This document shows positions 10,090 through 19,633 of a stretch of DNA of 64,000 nt, in pieces. The stretch comes from Myxococcota bacterium (GTDB lineage: Bacteria > Myxococcota_A > UBA9160 > SZUA-336). Made by a program: the position numbers and the translations under genes. Location of the stretch: positions 2,240,001-2,304,000 of the forward strand of contig CBDFGR010000003.1 of the NCBI GenBank assembly GCA_965247115.1, in the 5' to 3' direction. Every line of letters begins with the position of its first letter. Position 1 is the first letter of the stretch. The notes beneath the pieces were generated by a model. The model made no database searches, had not been told where the DNA came from, and worked only from the letters and a program-made list of their open reading frames with translations.

Positions 10090-12137
10090 CTAGATCCGTG
10101 AGTCCCCATCCCATCTGCGGTCTCGTAGCGCTCCTGAGCCTGGCACTGGCCGGCTGCGTGGCACAGGGAATCCATCACGAGTACTGCAGGGCGGAAGCCT
10201 GCAATTCGGTCATCGCCGGTAACCAGCGCAGCGTCGAGCGCGACCCCGAGAACGCCACGTCGTGGTACTTCCTGGGGGCCGGCTATGTGGGTCAGGAGCG
10301 CTGGGCCAAGGCTGCCGAGCCCTTCCAGCGCGTCCTTGCGAGTCCAACCGCCTCGACCGAGGAGCGCGCCGGAGCTCACTACTACACTGGGCTCCTGCTC
10401 CAGCGACGCCAGGCGTACGAGAAGGCGCTCGCTTCCTACGATCGAGCGATTGAGACCCTTCGTGGCTCGGACTGGGAGATCTGGAGCCAATACGGCAAGG
10501 GCAGGTGCTACTCGGAGATGGGTCAGCTACGCGAGGCGATCGCTGCGTACCGCAAGCACCTCGCATTCGAGACGACCCATCCTCAGCACATGCGGGAAGC
10601 GGATCGATATGAGCGCCTCGCCGTCAGCTATCGAGCGCTCGGTCGGCTGGAGGCGGCGCTGTCGGCGCTCGACGACTCCGTGAGGGTCGTCCCGGACTAC
10701 ATCCCGGCCCACCTTCTGCGCGCCTGGCTCCACCTCGAGGCGCGTGCCTATGAGCGTACGCTGCGGGACATCCGTGCGATCGGGATCGATCTGGCACACC
10801 CGGGCTGGTCCGGCTCCGCCCTGGCGGCTCTGGCCCTTGCCAAGCTGAATCTCGGCGCTCCGCGCGAAGAAGTGCACGAGCTGCTCGAGCAGGCCCGAGC
10901 GGTCAATCCCGACTACTCCTATGACGAACAGGTCGCCGCGGTGCACTACGCCCTCGGAGATCTCCAGCTGGCTCAGGATCGGCTGCCCGACCGCGGCTTC
11001 CTCGGCGTGTATACGCAGTCATCCACGTCTCCTGGACAGCTCGTGACCTTTGTCGTCCCCGCCGCGCCGGCAGAGACGGCCGGCTTGCAGGCTGGAGATC
11101 GGATCCTGGCCGTGAACGGGCGATCGATCGAGAGCTCCGAGGAGCTCGTCGAGCTCACTGGACCGAACGCGCCAGGAACGCGGATCGAGCTCTCGCTCGA
11201 ACGGGGGGATCAGGCGCTGACCCGCAGAGTGGAGGTCGGGGAGCGGATGGAGCACACCGCGTACATCGCGCGAGCGCTGGCCAAGCGTCGGATGTCGGAT
11301 GAGGCCGAACGTCTGGTCGAAGAGGGGCTCCAACGCGCCGCGCTGAACCTCTATCTGGACAAAGTGAGTGAGCGGCCGCTGGACCCCGATGAGGTGCGCA
11401 GCGTGACTCGCCTGGCGCGCGACACCGTCCCGGCGCCAGCCGTCCCCAACCGCGCACGCCGGCACGCCGTTCGCGCGCGCACGCTCGTGGAGCAGGCCGT
11501 CAACAAGAAGGACTTCCTCCGCGCTGTGTCGGAGTACCAGCAGGCGCTGCGGATCGCACCGTGGTGGACCGAGGCTCGTTACTACTACGCGCTGGTTCAA
11601 GAGGAGGCCGGAGACCCAGCCGGCGCGATCGAGACGCTGCGCCTGGTATTGAGCGGAGGGCCGGACTCCGAGACGATCCAGGCCGTTCGCAACAAGATCT
11701 ACTCGCTCGAGATCAAGGCGGAGAAGCTGGCGGTCTTCCAGCGCTGGGAGGGAGACTGGACGACCGGAGACAGTCGCTACACCCTGACCGTGGAGGGCGA
11801 CCAGGCACGACTCGTCTGGGCCCAGCCGGGTCAGAACGCAGGGGAGGCGGGCTATGCCGCTGGCGAGTTGGATACCGAGGGCACGATCGATGGGAACTCG
11901 CTCACCGGCATGTCGTACTGGCGCACGTCGGACTCCGACACTTCGCGCTGCTTTGGAAACCCCTATCCGCTCAAGACGACCGCGGTACTGAGCGACGATG
12001 GCAGCCAGATCACCGAGACCATCTACAACAACACCTACACCATCGCGACCTGTGCGATCGTGAAGACCACGTCGAGTACCCTCGTGTTCACGCGCGTCCC
12101 GAGCCCGGACCTGCCCGCTTCAGCCGGATCGTACTAG
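10086..12137 (+). CDS. Lipoprotein with TPR repeats, a PDZ domain and a C-terminal beta-rich domain
   Basis: Lipobox LAGC; TPR patterns; GFLGV...PAETAGLQAGDRILAVNG PDZ signature. Confidence 0.85.
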   Translation: MTRSVSPHPICGLVALLSLALAGCVAQGIHHEYCRAEACNSVIAGNQRSVERDPENATSWYFLGAGYVGQERWAKAAEPFQRVLASPTASTEERAGAHYYTGLLLQRRQAYEKALASYDRAIETLRGSDWEIWSQYGKGRCYSEMGQLREAIAAYRKHLAFETTHPQHMREADRYERLAVSYRALGRLEAALSALDDSVRVVPDYIPAHLLRAWLHLEARAYERTLRDIRAIGIDLAHPGWSGSALAALALAKLNLGAPREEVHELLEQARAVNPDYSYDEQVAAVHYALGDLQLAQDRLPDRGFLGVYTQSSTSPGQLVTFVVPAAPAETAGLQAGDRILAVNGRSIESSEELVELTGPNAPGTRIELSLERGDQALTRRVEVGERMEHTAYIARALAKRRMSDEAERLVEEGLQRAALNLYLDKVSERPLDPDEVRSVTRLARDTVPAPAVPNRARRHAVRARTLVEQAVNKKDFLRAVSEYQQALRIAPWWTEARYYYALVQEEAGDPAGAIETLRLVLSGGPDSETIQAVRNKIYSLEIKAEKLAVFQRWEGDWTTGDSRYTLTVEGDQARLVWAQPGQNAGEAGYAAGELDTEGTIDGNSLTGMSYWRTSDSDTSRCFGNPYPLKTTAVLSDDGSQITETIYNNTYTIATCAIVKTTSSTLVFTRVPSPDLPASAGSY

Positions 12138-12149
12138 AGCTGTCGCCCG

Positions 12150-14059
12150 TTACGGCAGGGCGAAGGCCACGATGTGGTCGCCGCCCTGCGTACCGGCGCG
12201 TTCGATGCCACCGGCCGCGATCACCACGAGCTGGCGGCCTTCTGACGGATACGTCATTGGCGTGGCCTGGCCGCCGGCCGGGAGTCGGCCCTTCCAGAGT
12301 TCTGCGCCGGTCTCGAGGTCGTACGCGCGCAGGTAGTTGTCGAACGAAGCGCCGATGAAAACGAGACCGGCCGCGGTGATCAGCGGGCCGCCAAGGTTCG
12401 GTAGGCCGAGCTCGAACGCCAGCGGGAGCGGCGTCATGTCGCGTGTCGTACCGAAGGGGCGCCGCCAGAGGATCTCTCCCCCGGCCAGGTCCACCGCCAT
12501 GATCTCCCCCCATGGTGGCTTGTGGCATGGGAGACCCAGCGGAGATGTGAATGTCTCGCGGCGCATGCCGAATGGCGTCCCGTGCTGGGGAGAGATCTCG
12601 ATCCCCGGCCCTGCCCGTCGCCGAGCCTCCGTCTCCTCGGTCGGGAACAGGGTCACGAGCCAGGCGAGGTCCATGACGTTGGCGACGGCGATCTGCCGTC
12701 CTGGGTCCACCGCGATCCCGCCCCAGTTGGAGCCGCCAGCGTTCCCGGGATACATGAGCGTGCCCTCGAGGCTTGGCGGGGCAAAGGGCCCGTCGTGGCG
12801 GAGCTCCTCGATGCGGCGCCGACACCACGCGCGATCGAAGGGCGTCAAGCCCCAGGCGTCCTCGGGTCCGATCCGCTGGCGGACGAGCGGCGGAGGCTTT
12901 GTGGGGAAGGGCTGTGTGGCCGCGAGGGTCTCCCCTGACACGCCACCCTGCGGCACCGGGCGTTCCTCGACGGGGAAGAGCGGGACGCCGGTCTCGCGGT
13001 GGAGCACAAAGAGGTGGCCCATCTTCGTGGTCTGCAGCACCGCTGGCACACGCGCGCCGTCGCGAACGAGCTCGGTCAGGGTCGGCTGCGCGGGCACGTC
13101 GTAGTCCCAGACGTCGTGGTGGACGGTCTGGAAGTGCCAGATCAGCTGCCCCGTTTCACCGCGCAGCGCCAGGACGGAGCTTGCGTACTCGTCGAGGCCG
13201 CGGCGATGACCGCCCCAGTAGTCCGGTGACGAGTTGCCCGTTGGTATGAAGAGCAGGTCGCGCTCCGCGTCGTAGGACATCGGCGCCCAGACGTTCGCCG
13301 TGCCGAGAAAGAAGCCCGCCTCGAAGCCGCGCCGCACGGGGTCAAAGGCCCAGCGCAGCTCCCCCGTGCGCGCGTCGAAGCCTCGCACGACGCCGCTCGG
13401 GGCCTCGGTCGTCTGGTTGTCGCTGATCGCGGTGCCGACGACGACCACATCCCCAGCGAGAACGGGTGCAGAGGTCACCTGGTACTCGCCCTTCCAGTGG
13501 ATCTCTCCCACGCCAACGCTGAGATCGACGCTGCCATGCTTTGCGAACTGCGGGCACGGGCGCCCGGTTGACGCATCCAGCGCGATGAGGCGCGCGTCGT
13601 TCGTGCCCGTGAAGATGCGAGCCTGGCAGTCGGCTTCCGTCTCGGCTGCTGGATCGCGCCAGAAGGTCACCCCTCGGCAGTTGAACTGATTCGCGTAGCG
13701 GCCGGCGAGATCGATCTCCGGGTCGAAGCTCCAGCGCTCGGTGCCCGTCGCGGGGTCGAGCGCGATGACGCGGTTGAGCGGCGTGCAGAAGTAGAGCGTG
13801 TCTTCGGCCAGGATCGGGGTGGCCTCGAAGGCGAAGTCGGATCGTGCGTCCCCACCCCGACCTCCTCGCCAGTCGCCGTGGCGGTAGGTCCAGGCCACCC
13901 CCAGGTCGGCCACGTTCTCGCGTGTGATCTCCGTCAGCGTCGAGTAGTGCTGTCCCCCGGCGTCCCCCCCGTAGTGCGGCCGCCGTCGTGCTCGCCCGCC
14001 ACGGCGAGTGAGGTAGAGGCGAGCAGCGCGGCCAACGCACGGACAGCAGCCGCGGTCAT
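12150..14059 (-). CDS. PQQ-dependent dehydrogenase (glucose/quinate/shikimate type), frameshifted near 13981
   Basis: YGGDAGGQHYS, FQTVHHDVWDYDVPAQP, GGSNWGG, LPAGGQATPMTY. The signal peptide from ATG 14059 is in a different frame; one missing T would restore W-P-H-Y-G-G-D. Confidence 0.85.
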
Positions 14060-14487
14060 CGTGTCCCACCTGGGCTCCGGCAATCTTTTTGCCTGCGGGC
14101 TCTCGAGTTCGGCGGGTGCGCCTCGCGGTAGGCGGCGACGGTCGAGACCACATCCAGGTCGTCTACCTCCAGGTGGAAGGCCAGGGGGCTCGGCGGGAAC
14201 CCGACCTGGTAGGTGCCCCCGTCCGCCCTGCGCTCGAGGTGTCCGTGATCCACGAGCAGACGTCGCAGCGTCACGTGATCCGTCTCGATCGCCGGAGCCA
14301 CCCGGGCATTCCACGCACGGATACACTCGTTAATCTCCGGCTCCGTATACGTCCGACTGCTATCCAGCGTAAGCAGAATACTCTTCATCAGGATCTGCCG
14401 GTCGCGCCGCCTCCGCGGCAACGGCCGCTTCCGCCACCCCGCCCCGAGCCGGATCAGCTCCCCCGCAAACTCCTCGATACTAATCAC
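14056..14487 (-). CDS. DUF2087-like winged-helix protein
   Basis: YTEPEINE...DHVTLRRLLVDHGHLERRADG. Confidence 0.75.
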   Translation of the reverse strand: MISIEEFAGELIRLGAGWRKRPLPRRRRDRQILMKSILLTLDSSRTYTEPEINECIRAWNARVAPAIETDHVTLRRLLVDHGHLERRADGGTYQVGFPPSPLAFHLEVDDLDVVSTVAAYREAHPPNSRARRQKDCRSPGGTR

Positions 14488-14577
14488 CCCCCCAGACTAC
14501 AAACCCCCGGCTCTCCCATCGCGCAGCCAGCGCAGCCACCCCCATCGCGCAGCTACCCCCCACCCGTACAGCCACCC

Positions 14578-14670
14578 TGCAAGCGCCGCGGAAGCGGCGC
14601 GCGCAGCGAAGGCCGAAGGCCTGAGCGGAGGCGGGTGGCGCGCGACCGCTCGCGCGCCGGGTCCCGCAAG
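14578..14670 (+). repeat. Repeat family A copy
   Basis: Same sequence as 7185-7277 with a variant loop (GGCCGAAGGCC). Confidence 0.9.
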
Positions 14671-14671
14671 A

Positions 14672-15772
14672 CTAGCTCTGGAAGCGCACCTCCAGCGCTC
14701 GCCGCTCCTGGTCGCGCTCCAGGGCGAGCTCGATCAGTCGATCGACCTGCTCGGACACGGCGATCCCCGAGTAATCCCAGAGCCTGGGAAACATGCTGCC
14801 ATCGGTGAAGCCAGGGTGGGTGTTGAGCTCGCCGATGTACACGCGCTCGCTGCTTCGCTCGACGAAGAAGTCCACGCGCGCCATCCCCCAACACTTGAGG
14901 GCACGAAACGCACGCAGCGCGAGCTCTCGCAGCTCCTCGCCCTTCTCCTCGGACAGGTCCGCGGGGATCAACAGCTGCGTCTGGTCGCTGGCGTACTTGG
15001 CCTCGTAGTCGTAGAACTCGCCGGTGTAGCGAATCTCGCCGAGCGCGGAGGCTTGCGGCGTGTGACCACCCAATACGGCGCATTCGATCTCTCGGGCGTC
15101 GATCGCGGGCTCGACGAGGACGTCGACGTCGTAGCGCGCTGCCTCCTTGATGCCCTGGTGCAGGTGGGCACGGCTACGCGCCTTCACGGTGCCGACCGAC
15201 GAGCCGCTGTTGGTGGGCTTGACGAATACCGGGTAGTCGAACTGGCGCTCCACCTCGTCGAGGAACGCCGCGTCACTGCCGAGCAGCTGGTGGATCTTCC
15301 CCTCGAGGCTCGGTACCACGGGAAGGCCGGCATCCCGCAGCACTGCCTTCGTCAGGGTCTTGTCCATGCACAGCGCGGTCGACTTGACGTCTGTACCCAC
15401 GTAGGGAACCCCGGCCAGCTCCAGTAGACCCTGCAGGCTGCCGTCCTCACCCGAGCGGCCGTGGATGATCGGAAAGATCACGTCGACGGGACCCTGCAGG
15501 GCCGAGTCGAGCTCCGACCCTCGCGACAGCTCCAGACCGTGGCGCAGCGAGGCGAAGCCGCGCACTGCCTTCGGGCTGCGGAACAGCGCCTCGGGCAAGA
15601 GCTCGAGCTCGGGCTCGGCGGCGAGCCAGTGTCCGTCCTGGTCGATGCCGATCAGGACCGGTGTGTAGCGAGCCGGATCCATCGCCTGGAGAACGGTCGT
15701 GGCCGAGGTGATGGACACCTCGTGCTCCGTCGACCGACCGCCGAACAGGATCCCCACGCGAAGCTTCGACAC
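14672..15772 (-). CDS. ddl: D-alanine--D-alanine ligase
   Basis: GGRSTEHEVS, HGRSGEDG, FVKP..GSSVG, FYDYEAKY, ELNTHPGFT. Confidence 0.95.
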   Translation of the reverse strand: MSKLRVGILFGGRSTEHEVSITSATTVLQAMDPARYTPVLIGIDQDGHWLAAEPELELLPEALFRSPKAVRGFASLRHGLELSRGSELDSALQGPVDVIFPIIHGRSGEDGSLQGLLELAGVPYVGTDVKSTALCMDKTLTKAVLRDAGLPVVPSLEGKIHQLLGSDAAFLDEVERQFDYPVFVKPTNSGSSVGTVKARSRAHLHQGIKEAARYDVDVLVEPAIDAREIECAVLGGHTPQASALGEIRYTGEFYDYEAKYASDQTQLLIPADLSEEKGEELRELALRAFRALKCWGMARVDFFVERSSERVYIGELNTHPGFTDGSMFPRLWDYSGIAVSEQVDRLIELALERDQERRALEVRFQS

Positions 15773-15805
15773 CCCGCGAGAGTAGCAGGGCGCCTCGGGC
15801 TGTCA

Positions 15806-15835
15806 TTGACAGTGCGCGGCAGGCCTCCTTACCCT
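15806..15835 (+). promoter_or_regulatory. Sigma70-like promoter of larE (leaderless geometry)
   Basis: TTGACA-N18-TACCCT, then 6 nt to ATG 15842. Confidence 0.55.
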
Positions 15836-15841
15836 GCACGC

Positions 15842-16672
15842 ATGCCCTCCCTGATGGCCAAGGAAGCCGAGCTGCTCGCGCAGCTCGGGTCGAGTGACGG
15901 GCTGCTAATCGCGTACTCCGGCGGAGTGGACTCCGCGTACCTCGCCTGGGCGGCTCACACCGCGCTCGGAGATCGCGCCCTCGCCGTGACGGCCGACTCT
16001 CCCTCTTACCCGGAGAGCCACCGCAGCATGGCGAAGGCGATGGCCGAGCAGTTCGGTTTTGCGCACCGCTTCGTCGACACGTGTGAGGTGGAGAACCCCG
16101 AGTACGCGGCCAACCCTTCCAACCGCTGCTACTTCTGCAAGTCGGAGCTATTCGACGTGCTCGAGCGGCTGCGGCAGCAGCTCGGCTACGAGGCCGTCGC
16201 CTACGGCATCAACAGCGACGACACGGGCGACTTTCGTCCCGGCCATCGGGCGGCAGAAGAGCATCGTGTCCTGTCGCCGCTGCTCGACGCGGGCTTGAGC
16301 AAGAGCGAGATCCGTCAGCTGTCTCGGGAGGCGGGCTTGCCGAGCGCGGACCTGCCCGCGTCCGCCTGCCTCTCTTCGCGGATTCCCTACGGAATGGAGG
16401 TCACGCCCGCGAAGCTGCGCCAGATCGACCGCGCGGAGGACGCACTGCGCGAGCTCGGCTTCCGGCAGGTACGCGTTCGACACCACGGCGACCTGGCGCG
16501 AATCGAGCTCGCACCCGAGGAGCTGGCCGCAAGCGGCGACACCACTCGCATGCGACTCATGTCCAAGGCTCTCCACGACCTGGGATTCCGCTACGTGGCA
16601 CTCGACCTGGACGGCTACCGCACCGGCTCGCTGAACGAGGTTCTTGTCATCGAGCCTCCGCCAGAGGACTGA
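15842..16672 (+). CDS. larE: LarE-family ATP-dependent sulfur transferase
   Basis: PP-loop AYSGGVDS, NRCYFCK, DFRPG, ACLSSRIPYG, RVRHHG, GYRTGSLN. Confidence 0.9.
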   Translation: MPSLMAKEAELLAQLGSSDGLLIAYSGGVDSAYLAWAAHTALGDRALAVTADSPSYPESHRSMAKAMAEQFGFAHRFVDTCEVENPEYAANPSNRCYFCKSELFDVLERLRQQLGYEAVAYGINSDDTGDFRPGHRAAEEHRVLSPLLDAGLSKSEIRQLSREAGLPSADLPASACLSSRIPYGMEVTPAKLRQIDRAEDALRELGFRQVRVRHHGDLARIELAPEELAASGDTTRMRLMSKALHDLGFRYVALDLDGYRTGSLNEVLVIEPPPED

Positions 16673-16673
16673 G

Positions 16674-17441
16674 ATGATCCAGGCGGAGGGCGCGCCGGTT
16701 GATCAGGGGCGCGCGCAGGGGCGCTCCATGCGTGGCGAGATCGCCAGCGGCGTAAGACTGCTGCGATCTCGCTACGGTGTGCTTGGATGGAGGGGTGCGC
16801 GGGTCCGGGCGATGCGGACGAGTGGACTCGCTCTGGCGCGACAGCTGCCGCAGCAGCGCGAGAGGATGGAGGGCATTGCAGCCGCGGCGGGGGTCTCCGT
16901 TGCCGCGCTCACGTTGGCCGAGCGGCTCCACCGCGTGCAGGGCGCGGGCTTCCTGCTCGGGAGCTGCCTCGGGGCGAGCTTCGAGGTGCCCGTGGAGCTG
17001 GAGCCCGAGCTGGCGCTGCGTGCGAGCCGTCCGGACGCCGGAGGTTTTCCGAGCGTGGAGCTGACCTGTGCTTCGTTCGCTGGCTGCCTGGCCGGCGTGA
17101 ACTCGGAAGGCATCGCCGCCATCTGCCTTGCCGACCGTCGCCTGAGTGGGGTGTCGCTGCGCTTCCTCGCTCAGGAGCTCATCTTTCGGTCGAGGAACCT
17201 CGAAGCGGCCGTCGAACACCTGCGTCGTCGTGTGGCCTATGTCGGGGGAGCAGGCCTGCTGCTCGTGGCTGACGCCGCTGGTGCCGCGTGCTGGCTCGAC
17301 GTAGCGAACGGCGCGGTGAGGGTGAGGCCGGCTTCCGGCGCGGGTCTCGCGCGGGAGCCAATGGTCAGACTCGATACCTCCGAGCGTTCGCTGGTCTGGG
17401 CTCACTCGTCCGGAGAGCGGGAAGCTCGAGCGCTTGCTTGA
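16674..17441 (+). CDS. Hypothetical protein, distant C45/Ntn-hydrolase-like
   Basis: QGRAQG N-terminus and GCLAGVNSEGIA motif; starts immediately after the larE stop. Confidence 0.5.
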   Translation: MIQAEGAPVDQGRAQGRSMRGEIASGVRLLRSRYGVLGWRGARVRAMRTSGLALARQLPQQRERMEGIAAAAGVSVAALTLAERLHRVQGAGFLLGSCLGASFEVPVELEPELALRASRPDAGGFPSVELTCASFAGCLAGVNSEGIAAICLADRRLSGVSLRFLAQELIFRSRNLEAAVEHLRRRVAYVGGAGLLLVADAAGAACWLDVANGAVRVRPASGAGLAREPMVRLDTSERSLVWAHSSGEREARALA

Positions 17442-17537
17442 CGAAGAGCGTGCACTCCCGCGTCAGCCGCGCTCACATCCGCACGCTCTGCCTCGCCGCT
17501 GCTTGACGAGTCGAAATTCGGTTTCGATGCTCCCGGT

Positions 17538-18173
17538 GTGATTCCGACGCTGCTGAAGGATGCGCTGCCACGTCAGCTCGCGTACGCCATCAGCGGAGCT
17601 CGGCTCGCCAAGGAGCTCAAGCCCGTCGAAGGCCTGGAAGAGATGGGGCTGTTCTACCTGTTCACGTCGGGCGTGCAGCTCGACCACTACGATCCGATCG
17701 TGAGTCGCGCCCACGAGTATCCGGTGCTCGCGCTGGACAACAGCCTCCCGCAGCTGACGAACAGCGCGCTGGAGCGCTTGCGGACGAAGACGGGGAGGCG
17801 TTCGGACTTGGGTTGGAGGATCGGTGGCGGCGAATGGTTCACCTCCCGCTTCCACGGCGCTGCGCGTGCGCAAGCTCAGCTCATGGGCTGCTCCGTCGCC
17901 GAGCTCGAGAAAAAGGAATCTGCAGCCGGAGAGCTCGAGCTCTGCCAGCAATCGATCCTGGTCTTCCCCGTGAAGGCCCGGATGCGCAAGCGCGTGACAA
18001 AGTTGATCCTGGAGCACACGATTCAGCCCGTTCGGAACTGGCTCACTGCAGCGCGCAACAGCAGGGAGACGCAACGTCCGTTGGTGATCCTGTTTGACGA
18101 GCAGCGAGGCACGGTCTGGACGAAGTTCTGCGAGGATTGGAGCGATCCCGCCGCTCCTCGACATTACAGGTAG
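17538..18173 (+). CDS. Hypothetical protein
   Basis: Protein-like composition; preceded by TTGACG-N17-GATGCT. Confidence 0.65.
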   Translation: MIPTLLKDALPRQLAYAISGARLAKELKPVEGLEEMGLFYLFTSGVQLDHYDPIVSRAHEYPVLALDNSLPQLTNSALERLRTKTGRRSDLGWRIGGGEWFTSRFHGAARAQAQLMGCSVAELEKKESAAGELELCQQSILVFPVKARMRKRVTKLILEHTIQPVRNWLTAARNSRETQRPLVILFDEQRGTVWTKFCEDWSDPAAPRHYR

Positions 18174-18181
18174 TCGGGTCG

Positions 18182-19633
18182 CTAGCCTTCCTTCGAGGGT
18201 CTGCGGCGCCGGCGACGTCTCTTGCGCTGGGGGGCGTCTTCGACTCGCTCCGCGCTCTCCGTCTCCGCTGCCGCTGGCTCGACCATCTCGGTCTGCTCGA
18301 CGCTCGGGCCTGGGGCGCTGACGTGCCGAGCGCGCAGGTAGGAGAAGAGGACGGCTGCGAGGTGACGCCTTCCGGTTTCGCTGGCCGTCAACGCGTCGAC
18401 GATCGGTAGCATCTCTTCCTGCCGCACGCTGCGCTCTGGCTCGGGGAAGGCGCGCAGATCGTGCTCGATATCCACCTGCAAGCGCTGCGCGATGCGCTCG
18501 TCGACCTCCAGCTGGGTGGGGAGCGGACGCTCCGGAATTGTCATCCGGTTCACTTTTTGCAGCGAGCGAAAGTTGCCGATGTCCAGCCCCGAGACGAGCG
18601 AGATGGCGGTACCCGCCTTTCCCGCACGGCCGGTGCGGCCTGTCCGGTGGAGGTAGACCTCCGGCGAGTCGGGCGAGGTGAACGAGAAGACGTGTGAGAG
18701 GTCGCTGATGTCGATGCCGCGAGCGGCCACGTCGGTGGCGACCAGGATCCGCAGCTCGCCTGCCTTGATGCGCCGCATCACCGCCTCGCGCGCGGCCTGC
18801 GACATCTCGCCCTGGATCATGTCGGCGTCGATCTCGTGCCGGCGCAAGAAGGCGGAGACGAAGCGTGTGTCGTCTCGCGTGTTGCAGAAGATGAGCGCGG
18901 AGTCGGGATCCTCGAAGCGGAGAATACGCAGCAGCGCGGTCTCCTTCTGTGACGCCTGCACGATGTAGTGCCAGTGTTCGATTTCCTCCGGCGATCGCAC
19001 ACCTCCCTCGGAGAAGGAGATGAACTCCGGGTCGTTGAGAAACACGCGCGACAGGGACACTACGCGTTGGGGCATGGTCGCAGAGAACAGGCCCGTCAGG
19101 AGCTTCTTCGGCAAGAACCCCTGGATCTCGCGGATGTCAGGCCAGAATCCCAGGCTGAGCAGCTCGTCAGCTTCGTCGAAGATCAGTACGCGCAGGCCGT
19201 CGAGCGTCATCCTGCGCGACTTCAGGTGGTCGAGCAGTCGTCCTGGAGTTCCGGCTACGATGTGCACGCCCCGTTCGAACGCGTCGAGCTGGGGCCGGTA
19301 TGCCGTGCCCCCGTAGACCGCGATCGTACTGACGCCGATCCGTCTCCCCATGACCGCGAGCTCCCCTTCGATCTGGCCGGCGAGCTCGCGCGTGGGTGCC
19401 ACGATGAGTGCCTGGATCTCACCCCGCTCGGGCTCGATGCTCTCGACGATGGGAAGGCCGAAGCCGCCGGTCTTGCCGCTGCCGGTGACGGCCTGCACGA
19501 TCAGGTCCCGCCCGTTGCGTATCACCGGAATGACGCGGCGCTGCACCGGCATCGGCTCGCTCCAGCCCAGCTCTTCGATCCCCGCTCGGATTCCCTCGGA
19601 GAAGGAGTCGAAGCTCGCCAGCTCTTCGCTCAT
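18182..19633 (-). CDS. DEAD-box RNA helicase
   Basis: TGSGKT, PTRELA, DEAD, SAT, ARGID, HRTGRTGRAG; ATG overlaps the thiI stop. Confidence 0.95.
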   Translation of the reverse strand: MSEELASFDSFSEGIRAGIEELGWSEPMPVQRRVIPVIRNGRDLIVQAVTGSGKTGGFGLPIVESIEPERGEIQALIVAPTRELAGQIEGELAVMGRRIGVSTIAVYGGTAYRPQLDAFERGVHIVAGTPGRLLDHLKSRRMTLDGLRVLIFDEADELLSLGFWPDIREIQGFLPKKLLTGLFSATMPQRVVSLSRVFLNDPEFISFSEGGVRSPEEIEHWHYIVQASQKETALLRILRFEDPDSALIFCNTRDDTRFVSAFLRRHEIDADMIQGEMSQAAREAVMRRIKAGELRILVATDVAARGIDISDLSHVFSFTSPDSPEVYLHRTGRTGRAGKAGTAISLVSGLDIGNFRSLQKVNRMTIPERPLPTQLEVDERIAQRLQVDIEHDLRAFPEPERSVRQEEMLPIVDALTASETGRRHLAAVLFSYLRARHVSAPGPSVEQTEMVEPAAAETESAERVEDAPQRKRRRRRRRPSKEG

